Assembly (NCBI GenBank): GCA_029260935.1
Contig: JAJDCJ010000008.1
Coordinates: 3,905-67,904, forward strand
Reading direction: 5' to 3'
DNA from: Patescibacteria group bacterium
Lineage (GTDB): Bacteria > Patescibacteriota > Minisyncoccia > Phycocordibacterales > Phycocordibacteraceae
Length of the DNA: 64,000 bases
Shown here: positions 27,004 through 37,116 of the stretch, in pieces
Position numbering within the stretch: the first letter of the stretch is position 1
How the letters are laid out: each line of letters opens with the position of its first letter
Notes under the pieces: generated by a model
Databases searched by the model: none
The model's input: only the letters and a program-made list of their open reading frames with translations
What the model was told of the DNA's origin: nothing
Made by a program: the position numbers and the translations under genes

Positions 27004-28578
27004 ATGAAATCTCCCACAGATATATCTTCTCAGTATCTACATATTGGACGCGCCGGAGACCTTACTGGTGGAGACCGTTTTTTATATCGATTTTTAGAAA
27101 CACTCCCTGCTTTTCTGTCAGTAGGCACGCTTGTCATTTTTATATTACTTTCGTTTATAAAACCGGCGCTCGTTGCCTACTTCACTATTGGCTTTTCTGC
27201 CTACTGGTTGTTTAAGACTGTTTTTCTTACCATCCATTTACGATATAATTTCAAACGGCTTCGGCACAACATGCACGTCAACTGGGGTGAGCGTCTTATA
27301 AATGTACGTCACAAGGAAGTGGTGCACGTGGTAGTGTTTCCTTTCTATAAAGAACCCTATGAGGTACTCCACGCCAGTGTTGAAGCACTTAAACACAGCA
27401 ACTTTAATAAAAAACAAATTGCAGTGGTGCTTGCTTCAGAAGAACGCGCAGGACAAGATGCACAAGACGTTGCTCGGCGTATTGAAAATGAATTTTCAGG
27501 TGTGTTCCTTGACATTATTACCACAGTGCACAGTGCTGACGTTGTTGGTGAAATTGCTGGCAAGGGATCCAACATTGCGTATGCTACAAAGGAGGCAACG
27601 CGTCTGATTGTAGACACGCGCTCACTCCCGTATGAAAAAGTGTTAGTCTCTGCGTTTGACTCAGACACCGTGGCGTACCCTGACTACTTTGCAAGTCTGA
27701 CGTGGCACTTCCTTACCGTTGAGGATCCACTTCATGCATCGTTTCAGCCAGTTCCGCTCTACAACAACAATATTTGGCAATCGCCGACACTTTCGCGTGT
27801 GTTGGCATACTCGTCTACGTTTTGGCAGATGATCCAACAAGAGCGCCCAGAGAGACTCTCTACGTTCTCCTCACACGCCATTCCGCTGTCAGCGCTCGTT
27901 GAGGTAGGGTACTGGCAACGCAATATGGTAAACGAAGATTCTCGTATTTTCTTTAACCTGTTTATGTACTACAACGGCAACTATAAAGTGGTGCCTATTT
28001 CGTATCCGGTTTCAATGGATGCAAACGCCACACCAACATTTCTAGGAACTGTTAAGAACCTTTACCGACAGCACCTTAGGTGGATGTATGGGAGTGCTGA
28101 AAATATTCCCTACCTTCTTTTTCACTTTATAAAAAACCCCAACATCGCACTGATGAAAAAAGTACGTATGGCGTTTGTACATATTGAGGGAGCGTGGTCG
28201 CTTGTTGTGCAGCCAATTATTCTTTTCGCTGTCGGCTGGCTCCCACTTTTAATTGGTGGTGCAGTATTTAATTCAACGGTTCTCAGTTACAATCTTCCCA
28301 TTGTTTCGTCGTGGTTTCTAACATCAGCAATGTTTGGGCTCGTATTCCTTGCTGTGTACGCAACACGCCTTGTTCCTGGAAGGCCAAAAGAGCGCGGACT
28401 GTTCGCCTCTATCCGCATGGTGTTGCAGTGGTTTTTAGTGCCCATCACCATGATTATCTTTAGTTCAATTCCTGGCATTGATGGTCAGCTACGGCTCGCG
28501 TTTAAAAAGTATTTAGGTTTTTGGGTGACACCAAAACAAAGAGAAGCGGAAACACACACTGCGCCTGCGGTACAATAA
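27004..28578 (+). CDS. Membrane glycosyltransferase family 2 (processive type)
   Basis: PFYKEP, GKGSN, FDSD (DxD), NEDSR, QHLRW (QxxRW), multiple TM helices. Confidence 0.88.
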   Translation: MKSPTDISSQYLHIGRAGDLTGGDRFLYRFLETLPAFLSVGTLVIFILLSFIKPALVAYFTIGFSAYWLFKTVFLTIHLRYNFKRLRHNMHVNWGERLINVRHKEVVHVVVFPFYKEPYEVLHASVEALKHSNFNKKQIAVVLASEERAGQDAQDVARRIENEFSGVFLDIITTVHSADVVGEIAGKGSNIAYATKEATRLIVDTRSLPYEKVLVSAFDSDTVAYPDYFASLTWHFLTVEDPLHASFQPVPLYNNNIWQSPTLSRVLAYSSTFWQMIQQERPERLSTFSSHAIPLSALVEVGYWQRNMVNEDSRIFFNLFMYYNGNYKVVPISYPVSMDANATPTFLGTVKNLYRQHLRWMYGSAENIPYLLFHFIKNPNIALMKKVRMAFVHIEGAWSLVVQPIILFAVGWLPLLIGGAVFNSTVLSYNLPIVSSWFLTSAMFGLVFLAVYATRLVPGRPKERGLFASIRMVLQWFLVPITMIIFSSIPGIDGQLRLAFKKYLGFWVTPKQREAETHTAPAVQ

Positions 28579-28586
28579 TACTATCT

Positions 28587-29474
28587 ATGGAGCCACTTTC
28601 CCTTAAAACGCGCCGTGTGTATGCCACAACATTCTTCGTTTTGTTTTTAATTGTTCTTCCTATTGTTGGTTTGTATGCTTCCGGATATCGTCTCAGTGGA
28701 TTTTCTCTTGTTTCAACAGGGGGTATTTATGTCACCGTCCCCACCTCAGGAGTAACGCTGTCACTGAATGGACAGGAACTAGAGCGCTCTAATATATTTT
28801 CTAAAGCTTTTTTCTTTAACAACTTAACCCCAGGGTCATATGTGATTCAGGCAACGTCCGATGAGTATTATCCATGGTCAAAAAACCTCTTCGTAGAGTC
28901 GGGTTTTGTTTCCGATGTTCCCGTGCCCGCTATTGCTCAGCCATTAGTAGTTCGTGAGCTTGTAGTTGCAACCACCACTGCACAAATAGTACAGGCCAGT
29001 ATAGCAACATCAACCACTCGCGCAATAGAAGAGGAGAGATTTGAGAGTATTGTTGAGATATTTTTGGCAACCACCACCGCACTCGTTAAAGAAAGCGCTG
29101 TTGAAAACAATATACTCTCACTCACTCCCATTGATAAAGCGGGAGGAGTCGCGCTCTTTATTGAAGAAGGAAACCTACTGGTGAGGTGGACACGCAACTC
29201 ACCACCTCCAAGCTTTTTTTGCACCCGTCCTTCGTCATGTAGTCCTTTGTTTGCACTCGCGCGTAGTCGCAGTGAAGTGACCTCTGCTCAATTTTTTGCA
29301 GGAGGTGTGTTGTATCGCATGCTCGGCTCAGGTGTGTATTTTTCTGAAGTTGATATTCGCATACCACGACTCACTATCCCAGTGTTTACCGCCCCTGACG
29401 CCCAATTTAAAGTAATTGATAACTCGCTCATTGTACGTTCACAAGAGAAATACTACGAGATCATCGGGTTTTAA
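28587..29474 (+). CDS. Membrane-anchored PEGA-domain-like protein
   Basis: TM followed by YASGYR...TGGIYV...NLTPGSYVIQ...YYPWSK. Confidence 0.7.
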   Translation: MEPLSLKTRRVYATTFFVLFLIVLPIVGLYASGYRLSGFSLVSTGGIYVTVPTSGVTLSLNGQELERSNIFSKAFFFNNLTPGSYVIQATSDEYYPWSKNLFVESGFVSDVPVPAIAQPLVVRELVVATTTAQIVQASIATSTTRAIEEERFESIVEIFLATTTALVKESAVENNILSLTPIDKAGGVALFIEEGNLLVRWTRNSPPPSFFCTRPSSCSPLFALARSRSEVTSAQFFAGGVLYRMLGSGVYFSEVDIRIPRLTIPVFTAPDAQFKVIDNSLIVRSQEKYYEIIGF

Positions 29475-29483
29475 AAACGGAAA

Positions 29484-30620
29484 CTATCGTATTGTTCCTG
29501 AATAGACGTCCTCGGTAGTTTTTTCCAGTTTTTTGTGGAGTGCATCAACTTCCTCGTTGGTCAGTGTTTTATGTAAGTTTCTATAGGTCACACGAAAGGC
29601 ATAGCTAATCTTGTCTTCCCCGAACCGTTCATCGTTTTCATACTTATCAATAAGCGCAACTTCTTCAACAACATCATCTCCTATGACCTCTCGTGTCGTG
29701 TCAAAATAATCATTTGGAATAAAGTCTTTTTTTACGATAAAAGAAATATCGCGCACAACAGCGGGGTATTTGCTCACTTCTTCGTAGTGGTTACCGAGCA
29801 CCAACTGCTTTTTTACGCGCTCATCCTCTGACCATAGGAGACGAATATCAGGAAGATTCATACTCGCCATAGCCCCACGGTCTAAACCGGAGCCCCATGC
29901 CCAACCGTTGTAGACGTCTGAGTCAACGCCGAGCTTCTCTAGTACGGATGGCTTGACTACACCACTACCTAAAATTTCAAGCCAGTCATCGTCTTTCTTG
30001 ATTTCAATTTCAGTTGAGGGGTGCGTATAGGGAAATGTTTCTTTCACAAACCTAAACTCTACATCGCCGAAAATTGCCTTCACGATTTTTGACTCAACGT
30101 CTTTGAGCGTATCAAGGTCTATTTTTTTAATATCTTTTGGAGCAATGTAGAGCGCATCAATCTGATGAAAGACGTTCATATGCTCTCGGTCTACCTCGTC
30201 CTTACGGTATACCTTACCGTAACTAAAGACGCCCATCGCTTCTTTACGTGCAAGTTTTTCTTTGATAGCTTCCTGTTGGAAATAGTAGTACCACATAGAG
30301 GTGGTCTGTGGGCGCAAAATGTGAGTATCGTCAACGAAGTATGTATCCGATTTCTGACGGGCAGGGTGGTCTTCCTCAAAATCAAAGAAATCAAAAGCGA
30401 TTTCGGTGGATATAATTTCGGGCACATGGATGATGTCAAACGTCTTGAAATCTGGAATTGAAATAATTCGCTCAACCATGTCATACAAAGGACTCTCAGG
30501 TGTTCGCGACAGGTCAGGCATATGGAGGTAGCGTTTAATGCGGACTGCCTCAGTGTCAGTGCGCGCTTCAATTTTTTTGAGCAGTGTGTGCTCTTCTTCC
30601 AGTGGAATTCTAATATCCAT
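29484..30620 (-). CDS. Single-chain (mitochondrial-type architecture) phenylalanyl-tRNA synthetase: catalytic domain plus FDX-ACB anticodon-binding domain
   Basis: DHPARQKSDTYF, GKVYRKDEVDREHMNVFHQ, FPYTHPS, GWAWGSGLDR, then SKYPAVVRDISF...SYAFRVTYR...TLTNEEV. Confidence 0.88.
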   Translation of the reverse strand: MDIRIPLEEEHTLLKKIEARTDTEAVRIKRYLHMPDLSRTPESPLYDMVERIISIPDFKTFDIIHVPEIISTEIAFDFFDFEEDHPARQKSDTYFVDDTHILRPQTTSMWYYYFQQEAIKEKLARKEAMGVFSYGKVYRKDEVDREHMNVFHQIDALYIAPKDIKKIDLDTLKDVESKIVKAIFGDVEFRFVKETFPYTHPSTEIEIKKDDDWLEILGSGVVKPSVLEKLGVDSDVYNGWAWGSGLDRGAMASMNLPDIRLLWSEDERVKKQLVLGNHYEEVSKYPAVVRDISFIVKKDFIPNDYFDTTREVIGDDVVEEVALIDKYENDERFGEDKISYAFRVTYRNLHKTLTNEEVDALHKKLEKTTEDVYSGTIR

Positions 30621-30730
30621 ATTTTTACAGTTTAAGGAAAAACCCCCAGAAACACAAGGTGTTCTCCAATCCACCCACCCAACAATACTATCCAACCTAT
30701 CCACTTATGATCATAGTCAGTGGGAGGGAG

Positions 30731-30757
30731 AAATATGGACACGGCGTGTCCATATTT
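30731..30757. repeat. REP-like palindrome variant (GGACACG-G-CGTGTCC)
   Basis: aaatatggacacg-g-cgtgtccatattt. Confidence 0.7.
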
Positions 30758-30887
30758 TATCAAAGGGGAAAAGTGAAGGAAAAAGAAGAAACATACCACT
30801 AAAAATTACTGAAAAACCACTGTAGAAAACAGAGATTTTTGCTCTATAGAGTGATATAATAAAGGGGCGCACAGAGCGTTATTTTTT

Positions 30888-33800
30888 ATGCCAAAGAAAA
30901 CCCCTACAAAAGCAGTAAAACCTAATAAAACAGCCACCAAAGCGAAAAAAGGCCCCTCATATGGAGCCGAACAAATTACCGTTCTTGAGGGTCTTGAGCC
31001 GGTACGTAAGCGCCCTGGAATGTACATAGGTACCACAGGTCCTGATGGTCTCCATCACCTCATTTGGGAGGTGTTTGATAACTCGCGTGACGAGGCAATG
31101 GGTGGCTTTGCCGACACTATTGAAGTGGCACTGCTTCCAGGAAATAAAATTCGCATCGTTGATAATGGGCGAGGTATTCCTGTTGATATACATAAACAAA
31201 CAAAAGTTTCAGCACTTGAAACCATCATGACCACACTGCACGCCGGCGGTAAGTTTGGTGGAGACGAGAGTGGATACAAAGTATCCGGAGGACTTCATGG
31301 TGTTGGTGTGTCGGTTGTAAATGCACTTTCAGTGTATACAAAAGTTGAAGTCCACAAAGACGGCGGTCACTACATACAGGAATACAGTCGTGGAAAACCA
31401 AAAGCAAAAGTAAAAAAAATCGGTAGCACAAACTTTGAAGGTACTGTTGTGGTGTTTGAAGCAGACCAGGAGATTTTCAAAGAGATTGTTTTTGACTGGA
31501 ATAAAATAGTTGCCCACCTACGCCAGCAGGCATACTTAGTGAAAGGCACACGTATTGGCATCTATGATGCCCGTGAATACGCTGGAAAAACTGACCTTGA
31601 AGACGGTGTCTATATAAGAGATATGGAGGTAGCAATCCCTTCGCAGACATTTTATTTTGAACAAGGGCTTCGCTCTCTTGTTGCGTTCAATAACCGTTTC
31701 CAAAAACCGATTCATAAAAATATCTTCTATGTTGAAAAAGAAGAAGATGGCGTTACCGTTGAAGTCGCACTTCAATATGCTGACGATATTTCTCCGCGTC
31801 TGATTGGTTTTGCAAACAATATCTATAACTCAGAGGGCGGAACTCATATCACTGGTTTTAAAACAGCACTCACCAGAACCATAAACACCTATGCGCGTAA
31901 AAATAACGTAGTAAAAGAAAGTGATGAAAACTTTACCGGAGACGATGTTCTTGAGGGTATTACTGCAGTTGTGTCGGTGAAAATGCCAGAGGTTCAGTTT
32001 GAGGGGCAGACCAAGGGAAAGTTGGGAAGTGTGGAGGCGCGTGGTGCAGTGGAAACCGTATTCGGCGAGGCATTTTCCGACTTTCTTGAAACACATCCTG
32101 ACGAGGCAAAATCAATTGCATCAAAAACTCTTTTGGCGCTCAAAGCACGCAAAGCAGCAAAGGCCGCTAAAGATTCAGTACTGAGAAAAGGTGCACTTGA
32201 CGGTATGACTCTGCCGGGTAAATTGGCCGACTGCCAAAGCAAAAGCGCTGAAGAGTCCGAGTTGTTTATCGTAGAGGGAGACTCAGCTGGCGGGTGTTTT
32301 GATGGGAACACTAAAGTGGCACTTACAGACGGACGCAACCTCACTTTTAAAGAACTTGTTGTAGAAGATAAAGATGGAAAACAAAATTACTGCTATACCA
32401 TTGATGATGGTGATGTTGGTGTTGCACCAATTCTCAATCCACGTATTACGAAACATAATGCTGAAGTGTTAAAAGTTACACTTGATTCAGGAGAAGAAAT
32501 AATTTGTACTCCCGATCATCGTTTTATGCTTCGTGACCAATCGTATCAACAAGCGCAACAGTTGACCTCGGAAGATTCTCTTATGCCACTTCGTCGTCAA
32601 CTTTCACGACTCGGAAGACGTATCACCATCAAAGGGTATGAATTAGTTTATACACCCGGAGCTCACCAATGGATTTTTACACATCTTCTCGGTGACCGTT
32701 TTAATATGAAACATAATATCTATACAAAAACGGACAATACCGCAGTACACCATAAAGATTTCAATAAACTCAACAATAATCCGGATAACTTGGTGCGCCT
32801 TGATAAACAAGAGCATATACTCCTTCATACACAATCATTACATCGAACACTTCACAGTGAAGCTTCAAAAGAGGCGGCGCGTCGTACACACAAGACACGG
32901 GAGTATCGAGAAAAGATTCGAACCATTATGAGTACGTCACGCATGCGTACACTACTCAGTCTGCGAGCAAAAAAACAATGGGAAAACCTGGAGTATAAAG
33001 AGTTTATGAAGCAGAAATTTTCTGAATTCTATAACACACACCCAGAATATAGGACTGAGAACAATGCAAATTTAAACGCAGCGCAGAAGTTGCATTGGTC
33101 CAAAGCGGAAAACCGCAAAGCTCAGTCAAAACGAGTAACTGAATTTTTCGTCCAAAATCCAGAGGTTCGTAGTGCGCTTTGTGCCGAAGCGCGTACACAG
33201 TGGGATAACGCTGATTTGCGAGCATGGCGCGCTGAAACCACCAAAAAACAATGGACATCAGAATTTCGTGCAAACCGAAAAGTCGCATACAATAAAACAT
33301 ATCTCACCAAAGCACTCAAAGCATTTAACGATATATGGAAAAAAACGAAGAACATCGATGTCGCCGCATACAATCGTATTCGAAAAGAGACTAATGATCG
33401 CTCACTCATTCGTCATGACACTATTTTGAAACGGTTCTTTAACAACGACACTAAGCGCTTTGAAGAAGCAGTTGTTAATTTCAATCACCGAATTAAACAT
33501 ATAGAGAAGGTACATGAGCGAATGGACGTATATGACTTGCAGGTAGCAGGTACTCACAACTTCGCACTTGCCAGTGGCATCTTTGTACACAACTCATCAA
33601 AACAGGGACGTGATCGCCGTACGCAAGCAATTTTACCGCTCCGTGGAAAGATTTTAAACGTAGAGCGTGCACGCCTTGACCGTATGCTTGCGTCAAATGA
33701 AATTAAAGCGCTTGTGGTAGCACTGGGGACTGCAATAGGGGATTTATTTAATCTAGAAAAGCTACGCTACCACAAAGTAATTATCGCGACTGACGCCGAC

Positions 33801-34298
33801 GTTGATGGTGCTCATATCCGTACGCTTCTGCTCACACTCTTTTACCGATACTTTAAAGAAATGATTGAAGGTGGATTTGTATACATTGCGCAACCTCCTC
33901 TATACAAAATTAAAAAAGGGAAAGATGTGACGTACGCGTATACTGATGATGAAAAAGCAGATCTTATCGGCACAGACATTGAAATTACAGAAGAAAACGA
34001 CGACACTGTTTTAGATGAAGATGAGGACGAAAACGATAGAGAAGAAGATGTACAGTCAAAGAAATCAAAACCGAAAACAAAAAAAGTCACGATTCAACGG
34101 TACAAAGGTCTTGGTGAAATGAACCCAGACGAGCTGTGGGAAACCACCATGGACCCAGCACGGCGGATTTTAAAACAAGTAACTATTGAGGACGCACAAG
34201 ACGCCGACCGTGTATTTGATATTTTAATGGGTACCGACGTTCCCGCTCGTAAATCGTTTATTCAAAGTAACGCCAAAACTGCAAAACTAGACATTTAG
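30888..34298 (+). CDS. gyrB: DNA gyrase subunit B containing an intein
   Basis: LEPVRKRPGMYIG, DNGRGIP, GGLHGVG, EGDSAGG, PLRGKILNV, DADVDG, QRYKGLGEM. Confidence 0.97.
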   Translation: MPKKTPTKAVKPNKTATKAKKGPSYGAEQITVLEGLEPVRKRPGMYIGTTGPDGLHHLIWEVFDNSRDEAMGGFADTIEVALLPGNKIRIVDNGRGIPVDIHKQTKVSALETIMTTLHAGGKFGGDESGYKVSGGLHGVGVSVVNALSVYTKVEVHKDGGHYIQEYSRGKPKAKVKKIGSTNFEGTVVVFEADQEIFKEIVFDWNKIVAHLRQQAYLVKGTRIGIYDAREYAGKTDLEDGVYIRDMEVAIPSQTFYFEQGLRSLVAFNNRFQKPIHKNIFYVEKEEDGVTVEVALQYADDISPRLIGFANNIYNSEGGTHITGFKTALTRTINTYARKNNVVKESDENFTGDDVLEGITAVVSVKMPEVQFEGQTKGKLGSVEARGAVETVFGEAFSDFLETHPDEAKSIASKTLLALKARKAAKAAKDSVLRKGALDGMTLPGKLADCQSKSAEESELFIVEGDSAGGCFDGNTKVALTDGRNLTFKELVVEDKDGKQNYCYTIDDGDVGVAPILNPRITKHNAEVLKVTLDSGEEIICTPDHRFMLRDQSYQQAQQLTSEDSLMPLRRQLSRLGRRITIKGYELVYTPGAHQWIFTHLLGDRFNMKHNIYTKTDNTAVHHKDFNKLNNNPDNLVRLDKQEHILLHTQSLHRTLHSEASKEAARRTHKTREYREKIRTIMSTSRMRTLLSLRAKKQWENLEYKEFMKQKFSEFYNTHPEYRTENNANLNAAQKLHWSKAENRKAQSKRVTEFFVQNPEVRSALCAEARTQWDNADLRAWRAETTKKQWTSEFRANRKVAYNKTYLTKALKAFNDIWKKTKNIDVAAYNRIRKETNDRSLIRHDTILKRFFNNDTKRFEEAVVNFNHRIKHIEKVHERMDVYDLQVAGTHNFALASGIFVHNSSKQGRDRRTQAILPLRGKILNVERARLDRMLASNEIKALVVALGTAIGDLFNLEKLRYHKVIIATDADVDGAHIRTLLLTLFYRYFKEMIEGGFVYIAQPPLYKIKKGKDVTYAYTDDEKADLIGTDIEITEENDDTVLDEDEDENDREEDVQSKKSKPKTKKVTIQRYKGLGEMNPDELWETTMDPARRILKQVTIEDAQDADRVFDILMGTDVPARKSFIQSNAKTAKLDI
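32295..33593 (+). mobile_element. Intein (433 aa) with an HNH homing endonuclease
   Basis: Begins CFDGNTKV after EGDSAGG; CTPDHRF block B; HHKDFNKLNNNPDNL...EH HNH; ends VYDLQVAGTHNFALASGIFVHN followed by Ser. Confidence 0.95.
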
Positions 34299-34322
34299 CA
34301 TCTCAGCGCTTTTCAGCCTTCT

Positions 34323-34754
34323 CTAAAGTCTTCCTTTAAAAATCAGTGTCGCAACAGAAATTATTGTTACAAGTATCGCTGAAAAGAAAAATGCAGGAAG
34401 CGTTGCAATTATACCGAGCGCTATTTTTAAAAAAATACTACCGGGGACTAATACCCCCACAGTTAATGCTCCTAATGCTGTCAGTACATTGGTTGTATTA
34501 AACATCGCACTTAACCCCTCCAGTCCTATTTCTTTTCTAAACACCTCTTCAGCTGTTCGTTTGTCTTCTTCTGTATATGATATACGTGGCGCAGGAGCTT
34601 TCTCTGTTACCGGATAGGGCAACTCCTTTTCAATGGAGAGAGGGTTGATACTCTCAGGAGAAGGTGTATCTTCGCGCTCAGTAGTTACTTGAGCAGCACG
34701 CTCTACGTGTTCATGGCTTGCGGTATTTTCTATAGTTTCTTTTGTATATAGCAT
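34323..34754 (-). CDS. Hypothetical protein: polar N-terminus, C-terminal TM helices
   Basis: ORF 34323..34802, probable ATG 34754. Confidence 0.6.
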   Translation of the reverse strand: MLYTKETIENTASHEHVERAAQVTTEREDTPSPESINPLSIEKELPYPVTEKAPAPRISYTEEDKRTAEEVFRKEIGLEGLSAMFNTTNVLTALGALTVGVLVPGSIFLKIALGIIATLPAFFFSAILVTIISVATLIFKGRL

Positions 34755-34829
34755 AAGATCTTTTTGGAGTCTTGAGGTTGTTTTATCACTGCATAGTAAC
34801 AAAATTGGAGCTCTGTGCCCCGTCGGAGT

Positions 34830-35237
34830 TTAATAGCTATTTTCGCGAATTTTATTTTTTACCCAGCCAACTATGTGTATCAAAGCAAGTGCACCAAGAC
34901 CAACACCTGCGCCTATTATTCCTGTAGTAAAGTACCCAACAAGAAATCCAAGCGCGGCTGTATATGTTATTTCTCTTCCGAATTCAGAACCAATGACTGC
35001 TGCAATAGTTACAAGGAGAAAGTTTTCTCTGGATGGTCCTGCGCTTGCAGTCAAACCTTCAATAGAAAGAGCTTCGCCATCGTTTGTATAGTTTTTAACA
35101 GGGTGGTTGCTTAGTGCCGGGGACTTAAAGGTGTTTTCTATTGGTAGAGATACTGTTTCTGGTGAGTTATGTAGAGTCTCAGCGTGCTGTGCTCTAACGT
35201 TCTCTCCTGTCTCAGGGGTGTATTTTTCTGTACTCAT
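34830..35237 (-). CDS. Hypothetical protein: polar N-terminus, Gly-rich TM C-terminus
   Basis: 135-aa ORF directly downstream of the next gene. Confidence 0.65.
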   Translation of the reverse strand: MSTEKYTPETGENVRAQHAETLHNSPETVSLPIENTFKSPALSNHPVKNYTNDGEALSIEGLTASAGPSRENFLLVTIAAVIGSEFGREITYTAALGFLVGYFTTGIIGAGVGLGALALIHIVGWVKNKIRENSY

Positions 35238-35239
35238 AT

Positions 35240-36286
35240 TTATTTAATAGTTTTAATTGTGTAGCGAACAATGTTGTTGTCTTTGTTTAACTCATTGATA
35301 CGACTTGCCGGGTCAATATTGATAACAAACACACCCTCGTCTTCATCTACAAAACTATCAAAGCCAAGAGTGAACTCAATACGATCACCGGGGCCAAGGT
35401 TTTGCTGTGTGGGAGACGAAAAGATATGTGAGGGGAATGTAGGAAGTACCGCGTTAAAGGTAAACTGACCTGAGTTTTTCGTTCCAATGTTTTCAACTGC
35501 AAATCGTATTGCAACTCGGTTTGTGCTGATTGATCTGTTTGGTGTTGAACTTGCCGTAAACACTCCCGTGCTTTTACTCACTACGCCAATCTCAATCACT
35601 CGTGCTGTAAGGTCAACGCGACCATTGGGGTCAGACACACTACCTCCTCCGGGCAGTGTAAAGACTTCAGTTGTTTGAGTGCCCGGTTTTCTCTCAACAG
35701 GGGTCGTGGGAGTGCCGCCACCTGTGACGGGAGTCTCGGGGTCAACAGAAATATCTTCGTTTATAATAGTGAGTGTCATTGAGCCGGAAACGGCTACCTC
35801 TGATGCTCCCTCTGGTATAAAGTCAATAAAGAGCAACGCGTTGGTAGACCTGTTTTCATCTGAAAGAGCAGTCAGGGTAATTGAATTGTCTGCATTAAGG
35901 AAGTTAAACGGTACAGTACAAAATACAGTAGTTTCAGATCCGGACTGGGTAGGGGAGGTAAAAGAAACACCATTCTCACAACTGTAACGGAATGTATAGG
36001 TACCCTCGTCTCTATTTCCTAAGTGCTCCCATGACAATACGAAAGGAGTGCCTGTCTTTACAGTGAGAGAAGGTACTGAGAGCGTAATTGCCTCGCTTAC
36101 AGCGGGAACGAAAATTGAAGTGAGTGATACTACCGCTGCTGCAAGTGAGTTAAATGCCCCGGGAACGCCTCGTGCAAGTGATAGTGAACCCCATATACCA
36201 GCTCCGATTATTGCTACAAAGCCAACGATAGCAAGAGCGCGGGTTGCCACGCGTATGAGTAATTCATTTCTATCGTTATTTTTCAT
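35240..36286 (-). CDS. Membrane-anchored protein with a C-terminal CARDB-like Ig domain
   Basis: N-terminal TM; DLTAR...FAVENIGTKNSG...LGPGD...IDPASRINELNKDNN. Confidence 0.75.
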   Translation of the reverse strand: MKNNDRNELLIRVATRALAIVGFVAIIGAGIWGSLSLARGVPGAFNSLAAAVVSLTSIFVPAVSEAITLSVPSLTVKTGTPFVLSWEHLGNRDEGTYTFRYSCENGVSFTSPTQSGSETTVFCTVPFNFLNADNSITLTALSDENRSTNALLFIDFIPEGASEVAVSGSMTLTIINEDISVDPETPVTGGGTPTTPVERKPGTQTTEVFTLPGGGSVSDPNGRVDLTARVIEIGVVSKSTGVFTASSTPNRSISTNRVAIRFAVENIGTKNSGQFTFNAVLPTFPSHIFSSPTQQNLGPGDRIEFTLGFDSFVDEDEGVFVINIDPASRINELNKDNNIVRYTIKTIK

Positions 36287-36375
36287 ATATAGAACTATAA
36301 TTATCACATAATAATTACTTTGTCAAGCCCCTTACGAAACGTTATTTTCTACAAAAAATACAACAAAAGGAGCTC

Positions 36376-36404
36376 TTGACAAATAGCATTTTGTTGTATA
36401 GAAT
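36376..36404 (+). promoter_or_regulatory. Sigma70-type promoter of the sortase operon
   Basis: TTGACA-17 nt-TAGAAT. Confidence 0.65.
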
Positions 36405-36469
36405 AATTTCAAATCTCTCGATGCGTCATTCAGTATGTCGCACGCACTCGGATGAGTTTTTAACTAACT

Positions 36470-37108
36470 ATGAATTCCAATACGCATACGCGACACATAA
36501 GTCACGAGTATGTACGATTTTTCGGGTTTTTCTTCCTGATATTTTTTGCAACGGCAGTACTGCTCTATGTTGTTGACTTTGTTCCAGAAGCGCCGAATGA
36601 AGAAGTAGAGAGCACTGCGCAATCTCTTAATGCTTCTTTGGAAGGATCTGTTGCAAGCATTGAAAACCCGACTCGTGTTTCTATCCCTTCAATTGGCGTT
36701 AATACAGTTATTGGTAACCCAGCATCATCTGACATTAACGACCTGGATAACGCTCTTTTGGGTGGCGCTGTGCGATACCCAGGTTCTGCACAACTTGGAG
36801 AAGACGCCCCAATCTTCCTGTTCGGACACCAAAGTTATTTACCTGTGGTGAGGAACAAAGCGTTTAAGGCATTTAACGGGCTACAAAACTTGACTGAAGG
36901 GGACACCATAGATATATTTTCTGACACTACCAAGCACCAATACCGCGTACAAAAAGTTTCTTTGGTTGAAGCTAACGAGGCACTTATCCCGCTTGACGCA
37001 GGAAGCAAGACACTCGTTCTTTCAACGTGTAACTCATTTGGTGACCCCGGTGAGCGGTACCTGGTGACTGCAGAATATGTTGGCCATAAAGAAGGTCATT
37101 CACTATAA
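36470..37108 (+). CDS. Sortase
   Basis: N-terminal TM; SIPSIGV; LFGHQS (His); LVLSTC (Cys); GERYLV (Arg). Confidence 0.9.
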   Translation: MNSNTHTRHISHEYVRFFGFFFLIFFATAVLLYVVDFVPEAPNEEVESTAQSLNASLEGSVASIENPTRVSIPSIGVNTVIGNPASSDINDLDNALLGGAVRYPGSAQLGEDAPIFLFGHQSYLPVVRNKAFKAFNGLQNLTEGDTIDIFSDTTKHQYRVQKVSLVEANEALIPLDAGSKTLVLSTCNSFGDPGERYLVTAEYVGHKEGHSL

Positions 37109-37116
37109 AATTACAT

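Noticed and set aside
30621-30730. T-box or Phe leader-peptide attenuator upstream of PheRS
   Set aside because: No T-box consensus (GGTGGnACC) and no Phe-rich mini-ORF could be identified.
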